Positions 14,717 through 24,510 are shown, numbered from the stretch's first letter. The stretch: DNA of 54,667 nucleotides from a virus (IMGVR_UViG_3300008113_008855:1-54667); one strand, 5' to 3'. Program-made: numbers and translations. Notes: generated from the letters alone by a model not told the origin.

Positions 14717-16027
14717 ATGCAAGAAATTCTAAATCTAATCAAAGAATACGCAGACTCTAATCTTACTAAAAAGAAATGGGAGGCTGGAAAAGATTGGGTT
14801 CAATATGGTGGCCCATACTTTTCATCAGCAGAGTACACCGCAGCAGTTAAGTCTCTTCTTGGCGGCTGGATTGTAATGTCTGAAGATTCATTATCTTTTG
14901 AGAATGTGTTTCCAAAACATCTTGGCAAGGAATACGGCATTCTTACTAATAGCGGCAGTAGCTCTAATTTAATTATGATGTCAGCAATGACATCTAAGAG
15001 GCTCTATAATTTTCCTAAAGGCACAAAAGTCATTACTCCAATCGCAGGATTTCCTACTACAATTAATCCTATATTTCAGGTAGGCTTTGAACCTGTGTTC
15101 GTTGATATTGATTTGGACACTTTAAACTTGAATCTTGATCAAGTTGAAGAACAAGCAAAGAAAGGAGCCAAGATTATAACTTTCGCTCATGTGCTTGGCA
15201 ATCCTCCAAATATGGATCGCTTGATGCAGATCATTAAGGACAACAATCTTGTTCTTTTGGAAGACTGCTGCGATGCTCTTGGTTGCACATATAAAGGACA
15301 AGTTCTTGGAAGCTTTGGAGAATTTGCTAGTTGCAGTTTCTATCCCGCTCATCACATGACAATGGGAGAGGGAGGATTTGTAGCTTGCAATACTAGACTT
15401 CAAGAAGTTGTAGCTAGAAGCTTCAGAGAGTGGGGTCGTGGATGTTATTGCGTAGGCAAGAAGGCTAATCTTCTCAAGAACGGAACCTGCAATAAGAGAT
15501 TCCATAATTGGCTCCCATCTATACCAGATGAAATTTTTGATCATAAATATGTCTATGATGAAATTGGTTATAATTTAAAGCCAATAGAACTTCAGGCTTC
15601 TATCGGTCTTGAACAAATCAAAAAGCTTCCTGAGATCCATAACAGGAGAAAAGAAAACCATGCCTTGCTAACCAATGCATTTAAGAAGTATGAAGAATTT
15701 TTCCATATTCCAGTAGCTACCCCAAATTCTGATCCTAGCTGGTTCGCGTTTGCTGTTACGCTAAAAGACTCATCACCATTCAAGAGGAGACGAATCGTAG
15801 ACTTCTTTGAAACCAACAAAGTTCAAACTAGACCATACTTTGCTGGCAACATAATGCTTCAGCCAGCTTACGAAGGTTATATTAGTCAAGAAGAGGTTAT
15901 TAAGAACTATCCAGTAGCAAGAAAAGTAACCTCAGATACATTCTTCTTGGGGACAAGCCCAGTTATTTCGATTCAGCAAATCCAATACATTGAAGAAAAA
16001 CTTGATTTATTTATTGGTAGTTTGTAA
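14717..16027 (+). CDS. rfbH: NDP-4-keto-6-deoxyglucose 3-dehydrase (E1; RfbH/DdhC/AscC family)
   Basis: NSGSSSNL, FPTTINP, AHVLGNP, EDCCDA, SFYPAHHMTMGEGG (His in place of the PLP Lys), WGRGCYC...TC, DHKYVY..IGYNLK. Confidence 0.92.
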   Translation: MQEILNLIKEYADSNLTKKKWEAGKDWVQYGGPYFSSAEYTAAVKSLLGGWIVMSEDSLSFENVFPKHLGKEYGILTNSGSSSNLIMMSAMTSKRLYNFPKGTKVITPIAGFPTTINPIFQVGFEPVFVDIDLDTLNLNLDQVEEQAKKGAKIITFAHVLGNPPNMDRLMQIIKDNNLVLLEDCCDALGCTYKGQVLGSFGEFASCSFYPAHHMTMGEGGFVACNTRLQEVVARSFREWGRGCYCVGKKANLLKNGTCNKRFHNWLPSIPDEIFDHKYVYDEIGYNLKPIELQASIGLEQIKKLPEIHNRRKENHALLTNAFKKYEEFFHIPVATPNSDPSWFAFAVTLKDSSPFKRRRIVDFFETNKVQTRPYFAGNIMLQPAYEGYISQEEVIKNYPVARKVTSDTFFLGTSPVISIQQIQYIEEKLDLFIGSL

Positions 16028-16038
16028 TATATTTTATC

Positions 16039-16884
16039 ATGTCTAAGGTAGTTTATATCACTGGATGCTTGGGCCTTATTGGCTCCTATCTCACTAGAGC
16101 TTGCTTAAAGCAAAATTATTATGTTATAGGAGTAGATAAAATTACCTACGCTGCAAGACCAGATCTTTTAAATGAATTTCTTGCATATGAGAAGTTTAAA
16201 TTTGAAGAGCAAGATATTTGCGATATAAGCAGACTTGTAGATTGTGATTACTTTATTAACGTTGCAGCAGAAACTCATGTAGATAACTCTATTAGAAAGA
16301 GTGATGACTTTATTAAGTCTAATATTAATGGAGTTCATAATATTCTTGAACTTATTAAAGGATACAAGAAGGAAGGAATAATTACCCCTACTCTTTTGCA
16401 CTTTAGCACCGATGAAGTTTACGGAGATATTTCTAATGGAGAGCATATTGAGACCGATCTATTAAAACCAAGCAATCCATACGCCGCAACCAAAGCCGCA
16501 GCAGATCAACTAACTCTTAATAGAAAGATTCCTCTTCATAATCAAGGAAGCCCATTCAGAAACTGGCTCCACGCAAAAGATACCGCAGAAGGAGTGCTGT
16601 CTATAATCAACAGTGGAGTAAAGAATGAAATATTTAATATTGCTGGAGGATTTGAGCAAAGTAATATCGTAACAGTCGAGAAGATTATAGCTGAATATTT
16701 TGGCAAACTTCCTTCTGATTATACCGATAAGTATCTTGATCTATCCGTCTCTAGAGAAGGGCAAGATGTAAGATATGCTCTAAATGATAATAAATTAAGA
16801 TCTTTAGGGTGGAAACCAAAGTGCAAATTTGATGATGAGTTAAAAGACATAGTTAAATATTACAAAAATAATTTCGTGTGGTAA
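16039..16884 (+). CDS. rmlB: dTDP-glucose 4,6-dehydratase (in-frame internal deletion near 16512)
   Basis: DKITYA, AAETHVDNSI, STDEVYG, PSNPYAATKAAAD, RNWLH, REGQDVRYA; the usual R..NNYG..Q..EKLIP segment is absent. Confidence 0.88.
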   Translation: MSKVVYITGCLGLIGSYLTRACLKQNYYVIGVDKITYAARPDLLNEFLAYEKFKFEEQDICDISRLVDCDYFINVAAETHVDNSIRKSDDFIKSNINGVHNILELIKGYKKEGIITPTLLHFSTDEVYGDISNGEHIETDLLKPSNPYAATKAAADQLTLNRKIPLHNQGSPFRNWLHAKDTAEGVLSIINSGVKNEIFNIAGGFEQSNIVTVEKIIAEYFGKLPSDYTDKYLDLSVSREGQDVRYALNDNKLRSLGWKPKCKFDDELKDIVKYYKNNFVW

Positions 16885-16915
16885 ACTAGCTTTTTAACAT
16901 TTACAATATTAAATT

Positions 16916-18679
16916 ATGACAAAGATTAGAGTCTCTGATTATATTGCCAACTTTTTAGAAAGCAAAGGCATAAAATACGCATTTGAAGTTCCCGGTGGTG
17001 GAGCAATGTTTTTAAATGACTCTATTGCAAAAAGCAACATTAAACCTATTTTTTGCCATCACGAACAGGCTTGTGCTATGGCTGCCGTTGGTTATACAAA
17101 ATTAACCAATGAAACATCTTTAGTAGTTTGTACCTCTGGGTGCGCTGGAACAAATGTTATTACAGGATTATTAGACGCATGGCAAGACAGCCATAAATTA
17201 ATAGTAATATCCGGACAAGTAAATAAAAAAGATACAACTTATTTAAAAAATGTTCCACTAAGAAAACTAGGTATACAAGAAGTAAATATAGTAAAAATTA
17301 TCAGCTCTATAACCAAGTATTCTACTATGGTTGAAGACGCTAATAATATTGCTTATGAGCTAGAAAAGGCATACCATATATGCACAACTGGCCGTCATGG
17401 ACCCGTTTGGATAGACGTTCCACTAGATATCCAGTCCGCTTATATAAATTTAGAAGACCTAAATCATTTTAATATTCCAGAAGTTGTTGTTGGTAGCAAA
17501 GAATCTGAGGTATTTAAAAAATACTTGTCGGAATCAAAAAGACCTATAATAATTGCTGGCAATGGAATATATTTGTCCAACTCTAAAAACGAATTTAAAA
17601 ATTTTATTGAACAATATCAAATTCCAGTAGCATGCACATTTTTAGGTATAGATATACTAGAAGAAGAGCATCCTCTTTATGTTGGCAGAATAGGGCTCAA
17701 AGGAACTAGAGCTGGTAATTTTGCCGTTGCTAATTCTGATTTAGTAATATCTATCGGAAGCTCTCTTAATATTCCTACTACTGGTTTTCAATATCATTTA
17801 TTCGCTAGAGAAGCTAAGATAATAGCGATTGACATTGATACTAACGAGCACTCAAAAAACACTGTAAAAATAAATGAAATAATAAATGAAGATATTTCTA
17901 ATTTTATATCTTCTAATATGCGTTTGGAATACAGATGCCCATCAACTTGGGTAGAAAAATGTCAACATTGGAAAAACAAATGGAATACATTCGATAGAAA
18001 AGATATAGATTTATTGAATATGTATTCTTTCTCTAAGAAGTTAGGAGAAATTACAAAAGAAAGCAAGTCAATTGTTGTCACGGATGCCGGATCTGCTAAT
18101 TATGTGCTATGTCAAACTCTTATTAATAGCAGACTAATACTTCCTGCTGCTCAAGGAGAAATGGGGTTTATGATTCCAGCCTGCGTTGGAATTAGTCTTG
18201 GAGCAAAAAATGAAAATGTAATAGGCGTAACTGGAGAAGGATCTTTTCAATTTAATATCCAAGAGCTTCAAACTATAGTTCAAAACAAACTTCCTATAAA
18301 AATGTTTATTTTGAACAATGGCGGTTATTTGTGCATAAGAAACACTCAAATAAAATTCTTTAATAAAAATTTCTCTGGCGTAGACGCAAGCTCAGGGGTT
18401 TCTTTTCCAGATCCAGAAAAAATCGCATATGCATATGGAATACCTTTTAAGAGAATATCTAACATAGAAGAATTGCATCAAAATTTAAAATCAATAATAG
18501 AATATAATGGAGCATATTTGTGCGAAATAATGTGCCCATCTGATGAAGAAGTTTATCCTACATCAGCAACAATGAAAACAGAAGATGGAAAATTAGTATC
18601 TCAACCATTAGAAAACATGTCTCCATTCTTATCTAAAGAAGAGTTTGAGAAAGAAATGATAGTCAAAATTCACAAATAA
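16916..18679 (+). CDS. Thiamine-diphosphate enzyme, acetolactate-synthase-like (YerE-type in this context)
   Basis: HHEQACAMAA, ISGQV, GRHGPVWIDVPLDIQ, GEGSFQFNIQEL...LNNGGY ThDP motif. Confidence 0.88.
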   Translation: MTKIRVSDYIANFLESKGIKYAFEVPGGGAMFLNDSIAKSNIKPIFCHHEQACAMAAVGYTKLTNETSLVVCTSGCAGTNVITGLLDAWQDSHKLIVISGQVNKKDTTYLKNVPLRKLGIQEVNIVKIISSITKYSTMVEDANNIAYELEKAYHICTTGRHGPVWIDVPLDIQSAYINLEDLNHFNIPEVVVGSKESEVFKKYLSESKRPIIIAGNGIYLSNSKNEFKNFIEQYQIPVACTFLGIDILEEEHPLYVGRIGLKGTRAGNFAVANSDLVISIGSSLNIPTTGFQYHLFAREAKIIAIDIDTNEHSKNTVKINEIINEDISNFISSNMRLEYRCPSTWVEKCQHWKNKWNTFDRKDIDLLNMYSFSKKLGEITKESKSIVVTDAGSANYVLCQTLINSRLILPAAQGEMGFMIPACVGISLGAKNENVIGVTGEGSFQFNIQELQTIVQNKLPIKMFILNNGGYLCIRNTQIKFFNKNFSGVDASSGVSFPDPEKIAYAYGIPFKRISNIEELHQNLKSIIEYNGAYLCEIMCPSDEEVYPTSATMKTEDGKLVSQPLENMSPFLSKEEFEKEMIVKIHK

Positions 18680-18680
18680 T

Positions 18681-19430
18681 ATGAAAAATTTAATTGAAAA
18701 TTTACAAAATTTATCTATCTCACGCAATGTCATTGGAATTAAACAGTCTTTTGAAGATGAAGGCGTTTCTACCGAAGATGTAATTCTAGCAAGAAGAATT
18801 ACAGATAAGTGCGAGCTTCAAAGCTTTGTCAAAATAGGAGGGTGCGAAGCTAAGTCTGATTTAAATAAATGTATCAAGATCGGGATTGATAATATCATAG
18901 CTCCAATGGTAGAGTCTGAGTTTTCTTTATCTAAATTTATAAATATCACAAATGATCATTCCAGTTTAATAAATAGATTTATAGTGGTAGAAACTAAAAC
19001 AGCATATCAAAATATAGATGAGCTTTTAAGTTTAGCGAAGAACAGTTTAAATGGAATAATTGTTGGCAGATCAGATTTTTCTAAATCTTATAACTTAAAT
19101 AAATCTGAATGCGATAGCGATTTTATTTTTGAAAAAGTAAAAGATATTTTTACAAAATGCAAAAAAGAAAAACTCCAAACAACTTTGGGAGGAAACATTT
19201 CCGCAAAAAGCGTCAAGTTTATAAAAGAAATGTATTTTAATTCTTTACTTGACAAAATCGAAACCAGAAACATAGTAGTAAAGTTGAATCAATCTAACGT
19301 TTCTGACCTAGATAACACCATTCAAGAAATCCTTAAATTTGAAATTGAATGGACTCAATTCAAAAGAAACAAACTGTTTTCCTCCTTAGGGGAGCTAGAT
19401 AGTAGAATCAAAATATTAAATAATCGATAA
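18681..19430 (+). CDS. HpcH/HpaI aldolase / citrate-lyase-like TIM-barrel protein
   Basis: FEDEG, VKIGGCEA, IIAPMVES, VETK, VGRSDF. Confidence 0.7.
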   Translation: MKNLIENLQNLSISRNVIGIKQSFEDEGVSTEDVILARRITDKCELQSFVKIGGCEAKSDLNKCIKIGIDNIIAPMVESEFSLSKFINITNDHSSLINRFIVVETKTAYQNIDELLSLAKNSLNGIIVGRSDFSKSYNLNKSECDSDFIFEKVKDIFTKCKKEKLQTTLGGNISAKSVKFIKEMYFNSLLDKIETRNIVVKLNQSNVSDLDNTIQEILKFEIEWTQFKRNKLFSSLGELDSRIKILNNR

Positions 19431-19431
19431 A

Positions 19432-20589
19432 ATGAAAACACGATTCGAAACATTGCAAAGTATTGTTCATAAAGAACAGTGTTTTAAAATGATATGCGGA
19501 GCTGGAAATGAAGATAGAAATCATGTAAAAAAACTAGCTTTTGTTTACACTTTAGCTGGAACAAAAATTTTAGATGTATCAGCAAATGTTGAGGTTGTAA
19601 AGGCCGCAATGGAAGGCATTGATCTAGCTTATGATTACGCTCATAAATTAAATACTACAATAGAGCATAGACCATATATTATGGTAAGCGTCGGTATGCC
19701 AGGAGACCCTCATGTTAGAAAGTCATTTATAAATCAAGACAAATGTATTGCATGTACTTTATGCATTCCAATTTGCCCAACCGACGCTATCCCTAAAGAC
19801 TTTACTAAGAATTTAGATTTTTTTAAGAAACTTAATGGATCGTTTGACGTAGAGGATCAGTCAAAAGAAATTGTAATAAAAGATCTATGTATTGGATGCG
19901 GTAAATGCAGCAGCATCTGTCCAAAATCTGATATCATATCATATAGACACAACGCAAGAGAAGTTAATGAATTACTGCCAAAATGCATGAATGCAGGAGC
20001 AGAACTATTCGAGCTTCATGCTGGCGTTGGTGAAGACGATATCACTCTCCAAGAGTGGAAGCTTATCAATGAAATAAATACAAACAATTATAATTCAATG
20101 TGTCTAGATAGATTAAATCTTGGCAATTTGCGACTAGAACATCGAATTCAAGAAGCTAAAAAGATTTCAGGAAATAGGCTAATGATTCAAGCTGACGGCT
20201 ATCCAATGAGCGGTGGAGAAGACGATTATAATACAACCCTTCAAGCTGTCTCATGCGCCGATGTTGTAAATAAAAAATTCAACATGAGAATCGATAAAAA
20301 GCGAGGACTAGATAAATTAGGAAAGCCAAAGATATCATCTAAAAAAATCTATAAAGATATAAATGATAATGATAATATTCCTATTCTTATATCTGGAGGA
20401 ACCAACTCATTCAGTAAAGAACTAGCTGAAAAAGCTGGAGTAAGAATAAATGGCGTGTCTATAGGAACATTTGCAAGAGACCTTATCGAAGAGTTTATTG
20501 TTTCTAATGATTTCTATAATAACGATGAGCTAATAAATTTAGCATATTTAAATGCTAAAGAACTAATCACCAAAAGCAACAAAGCATAA
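19432..20589 (+). CDS. LdpA-like 2x[4Fe-4S] protein
   Basis: FKMICGA..., LAFVYTLAG...DVSA, MVSVG..GDPHVRK, CIACTLCIPICP, CIGCGKCSSICP, QADGYPMSG, SGGTN parallel cyanobacterial LdpA. Confidence 0.78.
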   Translation: MKTRFETLQSIVHKEQCFKMICGAGNEDRNHVKKLAFVYTLAGTKILDVSANVEVVKAAMEGIDLAYDYAHKLNTTIEHRPYIMVSVGMPGDPHVRKSFINQDKCIACTLCIPICPTDAIPKDFTKNLDFFKKLNGSFDVEDQSKEIVIKDLCIGCGKCSSICPKSDIISYRHNAREVNELLPKCMNAGAELFELHAGVGEDDITLQEWKLINEINTNNYNSMCLDRLNLGNLRLEHRIQEAKKISGNRLMIQADGYPMSGGEDDYNTTLQAVSCADVVNKKFNMRIDKKRGLDKLGKPKISSKKIYKDINDNDNIPILISGGTNSFSKELAEKAGVRINGVSIGTFARDLIEEFIVSNDFYNNDELINLAYLNAKELITKSNKA

Positions 20590-20592
20590 AAC

Positions 20593-20973
20593 ATGAAACA
20601 ACTAACGATAGCTGTAGACTTTGACGGAACATTATGCGAATACGCATTTCCTAATATAGGAAATCAAACCGATCAGCAAAAGCAACTTTTAAATCTTTTG
20701 ATCAGCCTGAAGCAAAAAGGTCACTATTTGATACTATGGACAAATCGAGGAGACAATGAAAAATTAAAATGCTTAAGCGAAGCAATTGAATGGTGCAAGC
20801 AACAAGGCTTAGAATTCGATCAAATTAATAAAAACAATCCAGAAAGAGAAGCTAAAAAGCTTTCTGGATATAGCCCTAAAATTTTAGCAGATTACTATAT
20901 AGACGACAAAGCTCTTGAGTTCGGAAACGAAGCTGCAAGGTTTAGAAGCTTAAGTTTTCTATCTTCTCTATGA
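20593..20973 (+). CDS. Small HAD-superfamily phosphatase
   Basis: AVDFDGT, ILWTNR, K..ADYYIDDK. Confidence 0.8.
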   Translation: MKQLTIAVDFDGTLCEYAFPNIGNQTDQQKQLLNLLISLKQKGHYLILWTNRGDNEKLKCLSEAIEWCKQQGLEFDQINKNNPEREAKKLSGYSPKILADYYIDDKALEFGNEAARFRSLSFLSSL

Positions 20974-21740
20974 AAATTTTAATTACTGGGTCAAACGGTT
21001 ATGTAGCGAAAGCGCTTATTGAGTCTTTAAGTAAAAAACATTCAATTACTTGTTTATCTAGGATGGAAGCAGATTTAACATCTCTAGAAGAGGTTAATTA
21101 TTTTTTTAATAAACATTCAATTTTTGATGTTGTAATACATACCGCAATAACTGGAGGAAGAAGGACAAAGCCTGAAGATGGCGAAACTACAGATCAGAAC
21201 ATAAAGATGTATTATAATCTTTTAGAAAATAGAAATAGTTTTCGCAGATTTATTTCATTTGGATCTGGTGCAGAACTTCTAGCCTTAAACACGCCTTATG
21301 GTATAAGCAAAAGACTTATAGCAGACTCAATGAAGTATAAGGACAAATTTACTAACATTAGAATATTCGGTTGTTTTGATCATAATGAAGCAAACGATAG
21401 GTTTATAAAAGGAAATATAATCCGTTATATAAATAAAGAGCCCATTCAAATATACGAAAACAAACAGATGGACTTCTTCTTCATGGAAGATTTGATTTCT
21501 ATTGTTGAATATTGCCTAGCTCAAGAAAATCCTCCTAAAGAAGTAAACTGCTCATACAAAGAAAAATACTCTCTTTATCAAATTGCTGAAATAATAAATT
21601 GCCTAGGAAACCATAATGTACCTATATCCTCAAACAATTCTTTTGGAAAAGATTACATTGGAGAATTTAATTTACCGATCTCATATCTTGGACTAGAGAA
21701 AGGTATCAGGTCGGTTTATAATAAACTATCTAACTCATGA
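20970..21740 (+). CDS. NAD-dependent epimerase/dehydratase/reductase (extended SDR)
   Basis: ILITGSNGYV, FGSGAE, YGISK (YxxxK), RIFG. Confidence 0.85.
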   Translation: MKILITGSNGYVAKALIESLSKKHSITCLSRMEADLTSLEEVNYFFNKHSIFDVVIHTAITGGRRTKPEDGETTDQNIKMYYNLLENRNSFRRFISFGSGAELLALNTPYGISKRLIADSMKYKDKFTNIRIFGCFDHNEANDRFIKGNIIRYINKEPIQIYENKQMDFFFMEDLISIVEYCLAQENPPKEVNCSYKEKYSLYQIAEIINCLGNHNVPISSNNSFGKDYIGEFNLPISYLGLEKGIRSVYNKLSNS

Positions 21741-22630
21741 ATTCCGAAAGCAAGAAAAGATACGCCATACGAAGACATCTCTCTGGAGATGGTCTTGGGT
21801 CCAAAATGGGCAACTATGCGATTCTTTATGCTATTCATTTAGGAACAGGATTAATACCAGCTTATCTTAGCGACGAGTCTAATGATGCTTTTGATTTCTT
21901 TAATAAAGATAAAAACAATGTTTTAGATATCAAACAAGCTTTTCCAAATGTAAAAAAAGTATTTGAAAAAATAAATTTTTCAGAACACAAATGGGAACAC
22001 GTTAATACTGGTGTAATGCCATTAGAAAATATTATATACAGCATAATAGTAAATAGAAAATTTGGGCAATTTCCAAATTTTAGTTTTGAATGGTTTCAAA
22101 GGTACGATCAATGGTATGCTTTCAGAAGAGAAGTCACAGAGCTGTTTACTTTTAATTCAGATTTAATAAATAAAGCAAAATCCAATCTCCCAAACATAAA
22201 TAAAAAAATAGTGGGCGTTTCATTCAGAAACGAATATAAGAAATTTAATAGCACTGGAGGTCATAGTAAATTAGGAATTGATTATTATCGCAAAGCTTTT
22301 AGTTGCTTTCCTAAGGAAGATTATTGCTTTCTTATATTTGCAGATTTTTTTGAACAATGCCCAGAAGTTTTAGATCAATTATCTGGTGAGTACGATATAA
22401 TGTATACAAAAGAAAACATGTCTAGCGCAGAAGGCATGGCTACCCTTTCTCTTTGTGATAGCATTATTAATTCTAATAGTTCTTTTAGTTTTTGGGCTTC
22501 GTTTTTAAATAAAAATATAAACAAAAAAATCATTGCCCCAAATTACTTTTTACATCCTAGCCACGCTGGAGCAGGTCTTTTAAACCACAGATGGTTTCCT
22601 AGTGAATGGACTGGATTAAACGAAGTATAA
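21737..22630 (+). CDS. GT11 (alpha-1,2-fucosyltransferase-like) glycosyltransferase
   Basis: GLGSKMGNYA, DYYRKA, LSLCDSIINSNSSFSFWASFL, IIAP..W. Confidence 0.75.
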   Translation: MNSESKKRYAIRRHLSGDGLGSKMGNYAILYAIHLGTGLIPAYLSDESNDAFDFFNKDKNNVLDIKQAFPNVKKVFEKINFSEHKWEHVNTGVMPLENIIYSIIVNRKFGQFPNFSFEWFQRYDQWYAFRREVTELFTFNSDLINKAKSNLPNINKKIVGVSFRNEYKKFNSTGGHSKLGIDYYRKAFSCFPKEDYCFLIFADFFEQCPEVLDQLSGEYDIMYTKENMSSAEGMATLSLCDSIINSNSSFSFWASFLNKNINKKIIAPNYFLHPSHAGAGLLNHRWFPSEWTGLNEV

Positions 22631-22632
22631 TT

Positions 22633-23541
22633 ATGACATACGAAGCTTTCATGTTCTTCCAAGAGAACGACCTTCTTGAGGTAAAATTAAATCAACACTG
22701 GAATTTCATAGATAAATTTATTATCGTCGAAGCTGGAGAAACTCACACTGGTATAAAAAAGGATCTTATATTTGATCACGAAAGATTCAAAAAATACTCA
22801 GATAAAATCATATACAGATCATTCAATTCATTTGCAGAACTATATGATATTTATCCCAATATAGTCTCTGGACATATATACAAAACGGTTAAAGCTCAGC
22901 CACATCTTGCCTTAAATGACTGGATGAGAGACGCTATTCAAGCCGAATATCTAACAGTTGTATTATTAGAGCAGCAACCAAAAGATTCAGACATTATTCT
23001 TTTCTCCTGTCTGGACGAAATATTAAATGAAGAAGCCTTTTCAGAGGCTCATAAAATTTTTTCAGAAAGTAAAACTTACAATCTTTATTCTCATCTTCAA
23101 CGTAAATATATTACAACCTCTTGCGATTTTGCTCCCACTTTTGGATTTGATGTAGACATGTACGCTTATAAGCTGAATCTATATAGCAAAAAAAGTGCTA
23201 TTGGATGCATGACTTTATTTTCTAATTTAAACAAAATTAAACACACAGAACTTAGATATTATGCTTTAAGTACTCACGATCCGATTAAAAATGCTGGATG
23301 GCACTTTACATTCTTAGATGACACAAGAGGAGAAAAAGCCCTGAAAAAATACAAAAGCTGGGCTCACTCAAGAGATAGCGGTCATAATGTTTCTTATTTT
23401 GATATTGAAACTCCATTAGAAGCCGAAAAAAGAGTCATTTCCGAATACAATACTCAGGTAGTAGAAATATCTTCAAAGACTCACCCCAAATGGCTCATTG
23501 ACAACATCTCTAAATATTCTAGTTACATTTATTCTGCTTGA
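22633..23541 (+). CDS. GT17 (GnT-III-like) glycosyltransferase
   Basis: FMFFQENDLLEVKL, FIIVEAGETHTG..K, DEI, AGWHFTF, SWAH. Confidence 0.75.
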   Translation: MTYEAFMFFQENDLLEVKLNQHWNFIDKFIIVEAGETHTGIKKDLIFDHERFKKYSDKIIYRSFNSFAELYDIYPNIVSGHIYKTVKAQPHLALNDWMRDAIQAEYLTVVLLEQQPKDSDIILFSCLDEILNEEAFSEAHKIFSESKTYNLYSHLQRKYITTSCDFAPTFGFDVDMYAYKLNLYSKKSAIGCMTLFSNLNKIKHTELRYYALSTHDPIKNAGWHFTFLDDTRGEKALKKYKSWAHSRDSGHNVSYFDIETPLEAEKRVISEYNTQVVEISSKTHPKWLIDNISKYSSYIYSA

Positions 23542-23552
23542 TTATAATTAGT

Positions 23553-24492
23553 ATGAAAAAGATTCTGATAACTGGTATTCTCGGGCAAGATGGCGCTAAC
23601 ATGGCGGAATACTTACTTAAGAATACTGACTGCCTAATCTATGGCATGATGCGTAGAAGCTCGAATCCAAATTTTATTAATTGTCAGTCATGGATGCAGT
23701 TGGGAAATGCCGTTGCAGACGCTAGACGTTAATGCAAACGGAGTTCTTAGATGCTTAGAGGCCATCAGAAAACTAAAGCCTGCTTGCAGATTCTATTCCG
23801 CTGGCTCAAGCGAAGAATTCGGAGACGTTGAATATTTCCCTCAGGATATTAAGCATCCAATAAGACCAAGAAGCCCATATGGCGCATCAAAAGCTTCAGC
23901 TAGGCACATTGTTAAAGTTTATAGAGAGTCTTATAATCTATATGCTGTTCACGGTATTTTATTTAACCATGAAGGCACGAAAAGAGGAGAAGAATTTGTA
24001 ACTCGTAAAATTACCAAAGGAGTAGCTCGAATTAAGAAAGCTATAGACAGCAATCAAGTATTTACCCCAATTGAATTAGGTAATCTAGACTCTAAAAGAG
24101 ACTGGTCAGATTCAGAAGACTTTGTTGATGGGGTATGGAAAATGCTAAATCAAGAAAAGCCCAAGGACTATGTTCTTTCTAGCGATGAGACCCATTCGAT
24201 CAGGGAGTTCGTAGAGAAGGCATTTAAATTTGCTGGAATAAATGGAGCTTGGCATGGGCAAGGACTAACCGAAGAGTACAGCGTTACAACCGAGTACGCT
24301 TTAAAAAATGAGCCTATCTCATCTATCTTAGTTAAAATAAATCCTAAATTTTACAGACCAGCAGAGGTTGATCTTCTCTTGGGCAATTCTGAGCCAGCTA
24401 GGGAAGAACTCAAGTGGGCTCCAAAAACTTCATTTAATGCCCTTGTCAAAAAAATGGTTGAAAATGACATTCGCCTCTTGACTGGGGCGTGA
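23553..24492 (+). pseudogene. gmd: GDP-mannose 4,6-dehydratase, frameshifted by an internal deletion at ~23691
   Basis: N-part ITGILGQDG...RRSS; C-part (GCSWE)MP...SSEEFG, PRSPYGASK, GILFNHEG..RGEEFVTRKIT, LGNLDSKRDW, YRPAEVDLL; the GDL...NLAAQSFV segment is missing. Confidence 0.85.
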
Positions 24493-24505
24493 AGGCGTCC
24501 ATATT
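24478..24505 (+). promoter_or_regulatory. Sigma70-like promoter TTGACT-N16-CATATT
   Basis: -10 ends 5 nt before GTG 24511; opens the replication operon. Confidence 0.65.
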
Positions 24506-24510
24506 GGACC

